A stretch of DNA of 64,000 nt, from positions 7,284-71,283 of the forward strand of contig JADFXH010000010.1 of NCBI GenBank assembly GCA_015233675.1, read 5' to 3'. Below are positions 8,398 to 16,747 of this stretch, piece after piece. The stretch is from Candidatus Omnitrophota bacterium (GTDB lineage Bacteria; Omnitrophota; Gorgyraeia; Zapsychrales; Fredricksoniimonadaceae). Below the pieces are notes generated by a model. It saw only the letters and a program-made list of their open reading frames with translations, was not told the origin of the DNA and made no database searches. Position numbers and translations under genes: made by a program. Each line of letters begins with the position of its first letter. Within the stretch, counting starts at the first letter, position 1.

Positions 8398-9036
8398 TTA
8401 ATTGATCGTAATTTTTTCATTCTCCGCTTTTTCTTCTTTTTTCGTCATACGTCCGACCTTGATTGTTAAGACGCCATTCTTATATGCAGCTTCTATCTGA
8501 TCCTTTTTGGCGTCCTTAGGTAAAGGGATTGCCTGCATAAAACTTCCATAGGATCTGCCTTGATAATAATATTGGCTGTTATTGCGCTCGTTTTCAGTCT
8601 GCCGTTGGCCCGAAACGGTTAATACTCCGTCTTTTATTTCAACATTGATCTTGTCTTTGTCCATGCCGGGAATATCCATCGTCACAATATACTGCTTATC
8701 CGTCTGCTTCATATCCATTCTAGGGGTAAAAGCCATACCATTATCGGCAAAAGCCTGCCCCATGTTACGATCAATTTGAGCTTGCATTCTCATCATTTGT
8801 GCGAAAGGGTCTTCAAATTGATCATAAATAACATTAGTTGGAGAATATGCCCCAGGCGCAGAGTTTTGTTTACTCGCTAATTGGGCTTGCAATTGATCAA
8901 CCTTACTTTGCAAGGCTTGGATCTGATCTTTTAACTCGGCGGTATCATCAGCCCAAACCTTTGAACTCATTAATAATCCACCTACCATTACAGCTATTAC
9001 TGATACTTTCTTGATTAAAAAATGTGTTTTATTCAT
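8398..9036 (-). CDS. Hsp20/alpha-crystallin domain protein with an N-terminal Sec signal peptide and coiled coil
   Basis: Signal MNKTHFLIKKVSVIAVMVGGLLMSSKVWA|DD. ACD motifs: MDIPGMDKDKINVEIKDGVLTVSG, and YGSFMQAIPLP...AAYKNGVLTIKV. Confidence 0.85.
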   Translation of the reverse strand: MNKTHFLIKKVSVIAVMVGGLLMSSKVWADDTAELKDQIQALQSKVDQLQAQLASKQNSAPGAYSPTNVIYDQFEDPFAQMMRMQAQIDRNMGQAFADNGMAFTPRMDMKQTDKQYIVTMDIPGMDKDKINVEIKDGVLTVSGQRQTENERNNSQYYYQGRSYGSFMQAIPLPKDAKKDQIEAAYKNGVLTIKVGRMTKKEEKAENEKITIN

Positions 9037-10352
9037 ACCCTTCCCTCCTTAATATTATTGGTACTCTTTGAAAATCTTTTTTCTTTTATTTTATCTTTAA
9101 TAACCGCCCCAACAGCTTCTGCATAATTACTGATCAAATCGCGCTCAACCTTGATTCTTCCCAAAGCTGATACCCATGGGCTGTTTTCTATATCAAAACT
9201 GACAAAACGTTTCTTTAAAAGGGATTTGTAAAGGTCTATAAACTGACTGGCCATCCTGTCCAAAGAAAATGATGCCGCGGTCTGTCTTGCATTATTTTTC
9301 AATTCTTTTTCTAAATGTTTATCTTGCCCAAAAACCCAATCTAACGCTTCACAGAAATCCTCCGTGTTTTCTCTAAAGACAATTCGCCCCGTCAGCCTGT
9401 CTTTTATAAAGTCCCTGACTCCTGTTGCATCCAGGGCCACCACAGGATCACCTGCCGCTAATGCCTCCAGTAAAACGATTCCCTGTGTTTCTGTTTTCGA
9501 ACTAAAAGCAAATACATCCATGGCATGATAGGCATCAATCAATTCTTGACCTTCTAAAGCCCCTGTGAGAACCAGCCGATCTTCAAGCTTTTCTTTTTTG
9601 AATATATCTTTTACTTGGGCAAGACTTGGGCCCGAACCTACCAATAGAAACCTGGCATGGGAATGATATTTCAAAAAGGTGATGACTGATTTGACTAAAA
9701 ATATTAAATTTTTCTCAACAGCCAACCTGCCCACATGTCCCACTAAGAAATCATTGGAATTGATCTTATATTCATTTCTAAAATTCAAACCATCCCCATG
9801 CCTAAATCTTTCACAATCAACACCCGTAGGTATCATCTCAATGGGCTTTTTCACTCCCCTTTCGAGAAGCATCTGCTTAATGCTTTGACTTGGGGCAATG
9901 ACACAATCAACCAAATTTGCATATCCGGTAGTTAACTCAATCACAAATTTCTTTAATTCAGGAGAATCCAACGGCACATAATGAGTATAATCTTCATATT
10001 TCGTATGATGGGTAAAGACAATGGGTGCTTTATATTTATTGGCGATCCTTAAAGCCGTATCCCCTAAAATAATGGGATGGTGAGAATGAATGATATCTGG
10101 TTTAAACTCATCTAGACTGCCAGACAAGTTTACAGGGATAGGAAGCCTGACGGAAAAATCGCTTCCATTAAAACGACGTAACGCCGGGATGCGCACAACC
10201 CCCTTTTCGTCACAAGGCGCCCCATCATATTCAAGGGTCAAAATCAATACATCATGCCCCAACCTTTGATACTCCCTGGTAAAGGATTGTATTGATCTTT
10301 CGACTCCTCCTACAATTGGAGTGTATGTATTTGACACCATCAGAATTTTCAT
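9033..10352 (-). CDS. glycosyltransferase family 4 (GT-B, group 1)
   Basis: MKILMVSNTYTPIVGGVE; the C-terminal region contains ETQGIVLLEALAAGDPVV (EX7E-like). The start at 10352 is chosen because a GAGGGG SD lies 3 nt upstream; the ORF track extends to 10382. Confidence 0.85.
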   Translation of the reverse strand: MKILMVSNTYTPIVGGVERSIQSFTREYQRLGHDVLILTLEYDGAPCDEKGVVRIPALRRFNGSDFSVRLPIPVNLSGSLDEFKPDIIHSHHPIILGDTALRIANKYKAPIVFTHHTKYEDYTHYVPLDSPELKKFVIELTTGYANLVDCVIAPSQSIKQMLLERGVKKPIEMIPTGVDCERFRHGDGLNFRNEYKINSNDFLVGHVGRLAVEKNLIFLVKSVITFLKYHSHARFLLVGSGPSLAQVKDIFKKEKLEDRLVLTGALEGQELIDAYHAMDVFAFSSKTETQGIVLLEALAAGDPVVALDATGVRDFIKDRLTGRIVFRENTEDFCEALDWVFGQDKHLEKELKNNARQTAASFSLDRMASQFIDLYKSLLKKRFVSFDIENSPWVSALGRIKVERDLISNYAEAVGAVIKDKIKEKRFSKSTNNIKEGRV

Positions 10353-10359
10353 AGACCCC

Positions 10360-12639
10360 TCAATACGATTCTTTCTCATCAATAGTTATAGAAGCTTCTT
10401 TGGCTAAAGCAATTTTCTTGCCATAACCAGGAAGGGCTATTTCAATAGTTGGTTCCTCATTACGCCAATGCCCTTCCCAGCTGACTGTTATTTTCTTTTG
10501 ATTATTCCTGACTTCCAGACGGATAGGACCAAATGAGGTCAATGTTTCTCCAAAAACAATCCTCCTTTTTGAATTTAGCCAACTCTGTGGTATCCCTGAA
10601 CATAAAACAAGCTTCTTGCTTGAAAACTCTTCGCGCACAAAACAATTTCTGATCATCATCGCCCATTCAGCAGAGCTCCAGGCATGTTGTCCATCCCCCA
10701 TACAACCGGTTTTAATGCGAGGATGTATTGCTTCCGGCCACTGTCCGGTCGGGCTTGCTAAGTCTGCCACGGTCTGCATTAATTTAAAATATCGAGAATC
10801 CCCATTCCTAAGTAAAACTTGGGCCATGTGAAGAGTTAAATAAGGATTGATGCCGGAATGGGTCATGTCCTGAAAAAACCCACCACCGACCATACAATTC
10901 TTCAAAAGAAACTCGACAGTATTCAAAAGACGCGGCTCATCTTCTCCCAAAAGTTGTAAGGGATAGCCTGAAACAATAGAACCAATGGCGCCGGCATCAA
11001 GACGGCGGTACGGTGAGGCTGCCATGGCCAATTGTCCAAGGGACTTATGTGCTGCATTGAGACTCGCCTCAATACAGCTCCAAAAATCATTAGCTTCTTG
11101 GACGTATCTCTTGGCATCCTCATGATCACCATAAAGTCCGGCCAAATACGCAGCGGCATTCAAACCAGCCACACCCCAGAAATCATCCCAATAATAATAA
11201 TCATTGGGACCAAGATGCTCTGCACTAAACCCCGGAGGCAGCAAACCGGCATGTGGTTTTTGCGGTTTAGGAGCAAGCCGTTTACGCATAATCCATCTAG
11301 CTCCCTTTTTAATGGCATCCCTCCAAAATGGATCAGGTTTTTCTCCTGTTAATTGGCAGTATTTACCCATGATCCAAAGAGCTTCACCGTTGGAATCCCA
11401 TTCACCATCTTGAGAAAGGAAATACCCTAAAGGAGTTTGTTTATCCGGGAAGGTATCCAACACGCGTTTGACACGTTTGGTCAGCCCCATGCATAACATG
11501 CTATAAAGAATAAAAGCGGCATCTCTAAACCAGAACCTTCGATAGGTATAAGGCCCAGGATAGACTTCATCAGGAGAAAACAAAACCATTGTCCTGATGG
11601 AAGCATCAAATAAAAATTGAAATTTACTGTCTGGTACGTTCAATGAACAGGTATCTGCCAAACTTTCACGCCAGCTATGTGAAAATATAATTGAAGTTTT
11701 GTTCTCCTTTTCCAAAGGAATATGGATACTCACCTCTTTAGGCGTTCTTGCCTGCAAAGGAAATAACGCAGCAGCCGTTGCCATGCCAACCTTACACTTG
11801 ACATGTCTTTTTTTATTTTCATTAACTAAAGGATTACCATCTTTATTGTTTAAACGACCGTAAACATCACCTTCTTTATAAGATGAAAACAAAGTATGAT
11901 CCGGTATTTGATCAAAACTAATCAGTTCTTTTTTATTAACCTTCCAAAGTTTATGATCATCCAACTGCTCAATTTCATGGATGAAACTAATACCCTCCGG
12001 ATTATAGGGCCTTAAAACAACAGCCAGCCATCCAGGCTGCGTGGAAAGACCTTTAATATTTAAATTACAAAAAAAATCACCTTCTTTGAGAGTAACATCA
12101 ACGTTTGAAATAATGCTCGACTGATTATTTTTAACTTCCGAGCTCACCATTAAATTATCCTTCATAATCAATCTTTGGGAAGATTGTTTGCTGCCCGAAG
12201 GAAATAACGGATCACCATTTTCAGGGATAATCCAGGCATCAATGGACCAACCATCCCAAAAAGGGGTCACCAATCCCCTGGGATCAACGATCGGCCATTG
12301 TTTCGTGTCAGGGAGCCCAACAGCCGTCCAATTGCGATGGGTCAAATTGATATGTGTTATAGAAAAAGCCCTGGGTATGAAAGATTCATGGACGGGGTTG
12401 AATTGGCATTTGACCCAATAGGGCCAAACCCAATCAAGATTATGTTGAATGGCCTGGCTGTTGATAAGCCCCCTGGCGTGAAAAATGATCCCGGCACGTA
12501 ACAATTCTACCGGGACCGTTACTTCGGAGGGTTGTGCAAAATTCTGTAAACGGGATAGCAGTTCAACAGGATCAAGCATCCCATGTTTTCTAGCAGCATT
12601 ACGAATAACAGATTTCCACAACAACCCTTTTAACCACAT
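10360..12639 (-). CDS. GH15-like (glucoamylase/trehalase-type alpha/alpha-6 barrel) glycoside hydrolase, 759 aa
   Basis: YTYRRFWFRDAAFILYSMLCMG, followed by GEWDSNGEALW, typical of GH15-like catalytic domains. The N-terminal half is unassigned. Confidence 0.55.
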   Translation of the reverse strand: MWLKGLLWKSVIRNAARKHGMLDPVELLSRLQNFAQPSEVTVPVELLRAGIIFHARGLINSQAIQHNLDWVWPYWVKCQFNPVHESFIPRAFSITHINLTHRNWTAVGLPDTKQWPIVDPRGLVTPFWDGWSIDAWIIPENGDPLFPSGSKQSSQRLIMKDNLMVSSEVKNNQSSIISNVDVTLKEGDFFCNLNIKGLSTQPGWLAVVLRPYNPEGISFIHEIEQLDDHKLWKVNKKELISFDQIPDHTLFSSYKEGDVYGRLNNKDGNPLVNENKKRHVKCKVGMATAAALFPLQARTPKEVSIHIPLEKENKTSIIFSHSWRESLADTCSLNVPDSKFQFLFDASIRTMVLFSPDEVYPGPYTYRRFWFRDAAFILYSMLCMGLTKRVKRVLDTFPDKQTPLGYFLSQDGEWDSNGEALWIMGKYCQLTGEKPDPFWRDAIKKGARWIMRKRLAPKPQKPHAGLLPPGFSAEHLGPNDYYYWDDFWGVAGLNAAAYLAGLYGDHEDAKRYVQEANDFWSCIEASLNAAHKSLGQLAMAASPYRRLDAGAIGSIVSGYPLQLLGEDEPRLLNTVEFLLKNCMVGGGFFQDMTHSGINPYLTLHMAQVLLRNGDSRYFKLMQTVADLASPTGQWPEAIHPRIKTGCMGDGQHAWSSAEWAMMIRNCFVREEFSSKKLVLCSGIPQSWLNSKRRIVFGETLTSFGPIRLEVRNNQKKITVSWEGHWRNEEPTIEIALPGYGKKIALAKEASITIDEKESY

Positions 12640-12680
12640 AAAGCACTCTTTTTATAATCACAAAGTGTTGATTCAATAAA

Positions 12681-13613
12681 TTATTTAGAAATTCTGTTCT
12701 TAAAATCTTCCAGGCGTATTTTTAATTTATCTAAAAAGCTGGAAGACTCCTGATTGTTTGTAATCTTATTCTTGATTTCCTGAATGTCCTTGTACAATTG
12801 GGCAAACTCCACATCATGCTTGCCATATCCCAATTCTTCCGCAATTTCTAATTGATCATTGGCCTTCTTCAACAGGGCCTGAACCTGATCTTTTTTGTCC
12901 TGTGTCAATTTGTCAGGGGTTATTGAAGAAACAATCTTGGAAGCCCCTTGGAGATACGATTGACTATTTAATATAGGAATAGGAATGCTGTTCTCCAATA
13001 TAACCAAGGTGGATAAAGTTACCTGGAGAGATTTCTGGGCCTCAGCAATTTTATTTTCCTGAATCAGGCTGGCAGCGCCCCTGATTGCTGTAGGATAGGT
13101 ACTCATAGGAAGATTGACACTCGTGATACGTATTTCACTGACAAGATTATCAAGTATCCTCCTGGCTGCCTGTAAATACCCGTTCTTGATTAAGGATTCA
13201 ACTTCTGCCCTGTGCTGCTTAATCGCATCCAAATTTTCATTAAGACTTAATGTCCCAACGTTCATATTGATAGGCAAATAAGCCAATTGTGGAAACCGCG
13301 CAGTCAATATATCAAGCTTGCCTACCGCCTGCTCCAAGGCCTCAAAGGCTTTGTCTTTGTTGCCTTTATCAAGAAAACCTACGGCCTTTAAGGTCTGATC
13401 ATAAGCATTCAAGGCTTCCTGAATGAGCTTTTTATCCTCTGTTTTTTGTGTCTCTTTTTGCTGGTTTTGGACACTTGTTTTTAAATCATTTTGGGTTACA
13501 CACATCTCTTGATCATTAGGATCATTACTCTGCGCATTCAGGCCGCCGCAGAATGCGAAACTACATAAAAATATTAGTGTGAAAAAAATTCCAAAAATCT
13601 TTTTAATGTTCAT
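12681..13613 (-). CDS. YfdX-family periplasmic protein
   Basis: Signal peptide present. Two YfdX-like helical segments: ALNAYDQTLKAVGFLDKGNKDKAFEALEQA, and GYLQAARRILDNLVSEIRITSVNLPMSTYPTAIRGAASLIQENKIAEAQKSL. Confidence 0.6.
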   Translation of the reverse strand: MNIKKIFGIFFTLIFLCSFAFCGGLNAQSNDPNDQEMCVTQNDLKTSVQNQQKETQKTEDKKLIQEALNAYDQTLKAVGFLDKGNKDKAFEALEQAVGKLDILTARFPQLAYLPINMNVGTLSLNENLDAIKQHRAEVESLIKNGYLQAARRILDNLVSEIRITSVNLPMSTYPTAIRGAASLIQENKIAEAQKSLQVTLSTLVILENSIPIPILNSQSYLQGASKIVSSITPDKLTQDKKDQVQALLKKANDQLEIAEELGYGKHDVEFAQLYKDIQEIKNKITNNQESSSFLDKLKIRLEDFKNRISK

Positions 13614-13660
13614 TTTTAACCTCCTTCCAGTTATAGAAACCTTCTTCCCCTAGAGACCCT

Positions 13661-14035
13661 TTACGTTATGGCTATTTTTTGAGGCTGTGCCTCTTGAGAC
13701 TTGACCAGCGTCACCTTCAAAACCCCATTCTGATAATTGGCGGTTATTTTATGCTGATCAACTTCAGCATTCAGCTGAAACTCCCGTCTATACTCAACGG
13801 CTGTATAACGCTCGTTATAAATGGCATTATATTTCTCTTCGATATGGTCTTTTTTCCTAATGCCATTGATAGTCAGATTACTTCCCTGGATTTCTACATT
13901 GAGCGTGTCCTTGCCAACACCTGGCATCTCAACACAAAGGACAACTTCCTTGTCTGTCTCATAAATATCAACGGGTGGACGAACAATATGATGATTATTC
14001 TGTGTTTCCCAATTTCCTTTAATTTTGTCAAACAT
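13661..14035 (-). CDS. small heat shock protein, Hsp20 family (124 aa)
   Basis: PPVDIYETDKEVVLCVEMPGVGKDTLNVEIQGSNLTING...YQNGVLKVTL. Confidence 0.9.
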   Translation of the reverse strand: MFDKIKGNWETQNNHHIVRPPVDIYETDKEVVLCVEMPGVGKDTLNVEIQGSNLTINGIRKKDHIEEKYNAIYNERYTAVEYRREFQLNAEVDQHKITANYQNGVLKVTLVKSQEAQPQKIAIT

Positions 14036-14060
14036 ATCAACTTCCCTCCTTTCAAAATGA

Positions 14061-14534
14061 CTATTTCACATCAATTTTAATCTGTAATGGCTTTGTTTCT
14101 TCTTTCTTGGGCAAGGTCAATTCCAGGACACCATCTTTGAAATTTGCCTGTACCTTACCACGTTCTACCTCTGTCGGTAACGATATGGCCCGATGAAAAC
14201 TACCATAAAACCGCTCGGTCCTTAAATAATCATTTTCGTTAACTTTCGATTCCTGCTTCTTTTCTCCACTGATAGTTAGAATATTCTCTTGAATGGATAC
14301 TTCTATGTCATCCTTGGTTAGTCCCGGGAGATCCGCTTTAACAACAAGACTGTCTTTGGAATCATAAATATCAACAGCAGGGGCCCATTGCCCTCCCAAC
14401 AAGGATGTATCATCGTATCCGTGTCTTGAAGGTAAAAAGTCAAAAAGCCTGTTCATTTCCCTTTGGAGATTTTCCAAGTCCGAAAAGGGGGTAAACGCTA
14501 CATTTTGATTTCTTTTGATAGGAAAATTTGTCAT
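14061..14534 (-). CDS. small heat shock protein, Hsp20/IbpA-like (157 aa)
   Basis: WAPAVDIYDSKDSLVVKADLPGLTKDDIEVSIQENILTISGEKK...ERFYGSFHRAISLP...FKDGVLELTLPK. Confidence 0.9.
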   Translation of the reverse strand: MTNFPIKRNQNVAFTPFSDLENLQREMNRLFDFLPSRHGYDDTSLLGGQWAPAVDIYDSKDSLVVKADLPGLTKDDIEVSIQENILTISGEKKQESKVNENDYLRTERFYGSFHRAISLPTEVERGKVQANFKDGVLELTLPKKEETKPLQIKIDVK

Positions 14535-14574
14535 TTCATTACCTCCTTTATTTTGATGCTGGTTGCTTATATAA

Positions 14575-14601
14575 TTGGCACTTGTATAGATAGAGTGCCA
14601 G
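14575..14601 (-). promoter_or_regulatory. CIRCE-like inverted repeat upstream of hsp20
   Basis: The gene strand reads CTGGCACTC-N9-AAGTGCCAA, versus the CIRCE consensus TTAGCACTC-N9-GAGTGCTAA (14/18 match). The core TGGCACT/AGTGCCA is perfect. It lies 41-67 nt upstream of the hsp20 ATG. Confidence 0.45.
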
Positions 14602-14618
14602 TTTTAAGATAAAATTTT

Positions 14619-14933
14619 TTATTCTTTCTGTTGTTTAGAATTATCCAGCTCCATTTTAAGAATGACCTTTAATCCATCTACATTGACATGATGTTCCTTC
14701 ATATAAAACCAAGCATGTTTAAGGCTTTTCAACTCACGCTTAGAATAAAGCCTTGCATTACCTTGCTTTTTACGAGGAGGACTTACTATCCCTTCATTGT
14801 CCAACTGTTTCAGTACCCAAATAGGTACGTCCAATAAACGGCACACCACGCTACTTGTATAAAGAGGCACATCCGGATCTATTTGCATTTCTTCAAACTT
14901 GTCATTCTTGTGTACAACCATTTTTTTATTCAA
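14619..14933 (-). CDS. MerR-family (HspR/heat-shock-regulator-like) transcriptional regulator
   Basis: HTH YTSSVVCRLLDVPIWVLKQLDNEGIVSPPRKKQGNARLYSKRELKSLK. It is the first gene of the sHsp string. Confidence 0.75.
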   Translation of the reverse strand: MNKKMVVHKNDKFEEMQIDPDVPLYTSSVVCRLLDVPIWVLKQLDNEGIVSPPRKKQGNARLYSKRELKSLKHAWFYMKEHHVNVDGLKVILKMELDNSKQQKE

Positions 14934-14983
14934 CTTGTATTTCTCCTTTCAATCTCATCATTCCATCTAACACAAAAATAGCA

Positions 14984-15036
14984 TATTTCGAAACATTTGT
15001 CAAGTATTTCGAAATATTTATTTCGTATTTCGAAAT
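14984..15036. promoter_or_regulatory. three phased TATTTCGAAA(T) palindromic operator-like sites
   Basis: TATTTCGAAA occurs at 14984, 15005 and 15026, exactly 21 bp apart. The middle copy is the perfect 12-bp palindrome TATTTCGAAATA. The sites lie in the divergent region between merR-like and the antiporter. Confidence 0.55.
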
Positions 15037-15126
15037 TAGGCATTCAAGCCTTAACCACGAAAAGCTGATTGAAAAGTCTTTTAAAATCTCATTCCGTGTC
15101 TTTATTAAGAAACTCTGTTAAAATCA

Positions 15127-16608
15127 ATGCTTTCGCAAACCCAAAAGGACATTATGCTTTCAATAGAAACAATTTTATTAATCATTGCTCTGTTATTATT
15201 CCTTAGCGTCGCCGCCAGTAAGGTATCTGACCGCTTCGGCGTCCCCACCCTCTTTTTATTTCTAACCATCGGCATGTTCGCTGGATCAGTAAGTGTTGGA
15301 GGGGTTCACTACAATGATCCTTGGGCGACCAAAACAATGGGGACTATCGCCCTGATCTTTATTCTTTTTTCCGTCGGCTTTGACATGGACAAAAAAGACA
15401 TTAAGAATGTTTTTCTGTCCGGCCTTAGTCTTTCAACAATCGGTGTATTATTGACCGCCCTTTTTGTGGGCTTATTTGCAATATATTTCCTTAAATTTTC
15501 GATGTTAGAAGGATTGCTGCTCGGGGCCATCGTATCTTCGACAGATGCTTCTGCTGTGTTTGACATTTTAAGGTCAAATAAAGTGGGCTTGCAAGGAAAA
15601 CTACAGCCCCTGCTGGAATTCGAATCTGGGAGCAATGATCCCATGGCTGTTTTTCTTACCGTAGGGGTCATAAGTTTGTTGCAGTATCCAACCCTCTCTC
15701 CATTCCATCTGATACCAGAATTCTTTATAGATATGGGGATAGGAGCTGTGTGCGCTTATGTATTAGGTAAAGCTGGTATTTATCTAATAAACCATCTTAA
15801 GCTACACAACACTGGACTTTATCCCGCCTTAATTATTGCCCTTGTTCTTTTTATCTATGCCGCAACAACATCTATTCATGGCAACGGCTTTCTTGCCATT
15901 TATCTTGCGGGGATTATAATTGGCAATGCCAATCTAATTCACAAAAAGACCATTAAGCACTTCTGTGAAGGCTCAGCATGGCTCATGCAAATTAGCATGT
16001 TTCTGATGCTGGGCTTTCAGGTTTTTCCTTCAAAAATTATCCCTGTCATTGGTCCTGGTTTATTAGTTTCAGCGTTCTTAATATTACTGGCAAGACCTTT
16101 AAGTGTTTTTATTTCGCTTGGGTTTACCAAGACAACTATTCAGGAAAAGGCATTCATCTCTTGGGTAGGATTACGTGGAGCGGTTCCAATTATTCTTGCA
16201 ACATTCCCGCTTTTGTCTCGCATACCCAAAGCGGATATGATTTTTAACATGGTGTTTTTTATTGTCCTCACATCTGTACTTCTTCAAGGGACAACTCTAT
16301 CTCTTGTCGCAAAACTACTTGGTGTTAATATTCCGCTAAAACCAAAACGTAATTACCCAATAGCATTAGAACATTCCGAAGAAATTAATGCAAATCTGGA
16401 AGATCTGATTGTTCCACATAATTCTACTGCTGTTCAAAAACCTCTTTTCCAACTTGGAGTCCCTAAAGGCGCTCTTATTGCATTAATTTATAGGGACGAA
16501 AAATACTTTATTCCAAATGGTGGCACACTGCTCCTTTCCGGGGACACTCTTCTTGTAATTGCAAATAAAGAGGATTTGCAGACGCTAAAGTCAATTCTTA
16601 GCAATTGA
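15127..16608 (+). CDS. K+/H+ (cation/proton) antiporter, CPA1 NhaP2/CvrA-like, with C-terminal TrkA-C domain
   Basis: Multi-TM N-terminal region containing LLGAIVSSTDASAVF and ESGSNDPMA. The soluble C-terminal region contains a TrkA-C-like LLLSGDTLLVIANKEDL. The likely real start is M10 (nt 15154), with AAGGA 4 nt upstream. Confidence 0.85.
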   Translation: MLSQTQKDIMLSIETILLIIALLLFLSVAASKVSDRFGVPTLFLFLTIGMFAGSVSVGGVHYNDPWATKTMGTIALIFILFSVGFDMDKKDIKNVFLSGLSLSTIGVLLTALFVGLFAIYFLKFSMLEGLLLGAIVSSTDASAVFDILRSNKVGLQGKLQPLLEFESGSNDPMAVFLTVGVISLLQYPTLSPFHLIPEFFIDMGIGAVCAYVLGKAGIYLINHLKLHNTGLYPALIIALVLFIYAATTSIHGNGFLAIYLAGIIIGNANLIHKKTIKHFCEGSAWLMQISMFLMLGFQVFPSKIIPVIGPGLLVSAFLILLARPLSVFISLGFTKTTIQEKAFISWVGLRGAVPIILATFPLLSRIPKADMIFNMVFFIVLTSVLLQGTTLSLVAKLLGVNIPLKPKRNYPIALEHSEEINANLEDLIVPHNSTAVQKPLFQLGVPKGALIALIYRDEKYFIPNGGTLLLSGDTLLVIANKEDLQTLKSILSN

Positions 16609-16747
16609 GTTAGGAAAAGTTGATACAGGCATCTCAGTTGCTTCAAAGATCGCCCGGGCTCTTAATTCCTCGTTAAGCAACCTCATAAAAGAGGCAGAGA
16701 ATAGTATATAAGTTTTTGTTATACACTATCCCTGCCCCTTTTACACG

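Noticed and set aside
13679-14080. A 133-aa plus-strand ORF antisense to hsp20. Similar antisense ORFs occur at 19554-20072, 26333-26962, 49487-50095 and 55360-55905.
   Set aside because: Each lies opposite a gene with strong motif support, and none has recognisable motifs. They are typical shadow ORFs.
14576-14592. TGGCAC resembling a sigma-54 -24 element upstream of hsp20.
   Set aside because: No TTGC -12 element lies at the required 5-nt spacing on either strand. The sequence is better explained as one arm of the CIRCE-like inverted repeat.
14984-15036. TTCGAA cores resembling eukaryotic heat-shock elements (nGAAn repeats).
   Set aside because: HSEs need nTTCnnGAAn spacing, whereas here TTC and GAA are contiguous. 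The context is bacterial. These sites are treated as ordinary palindromic operators.
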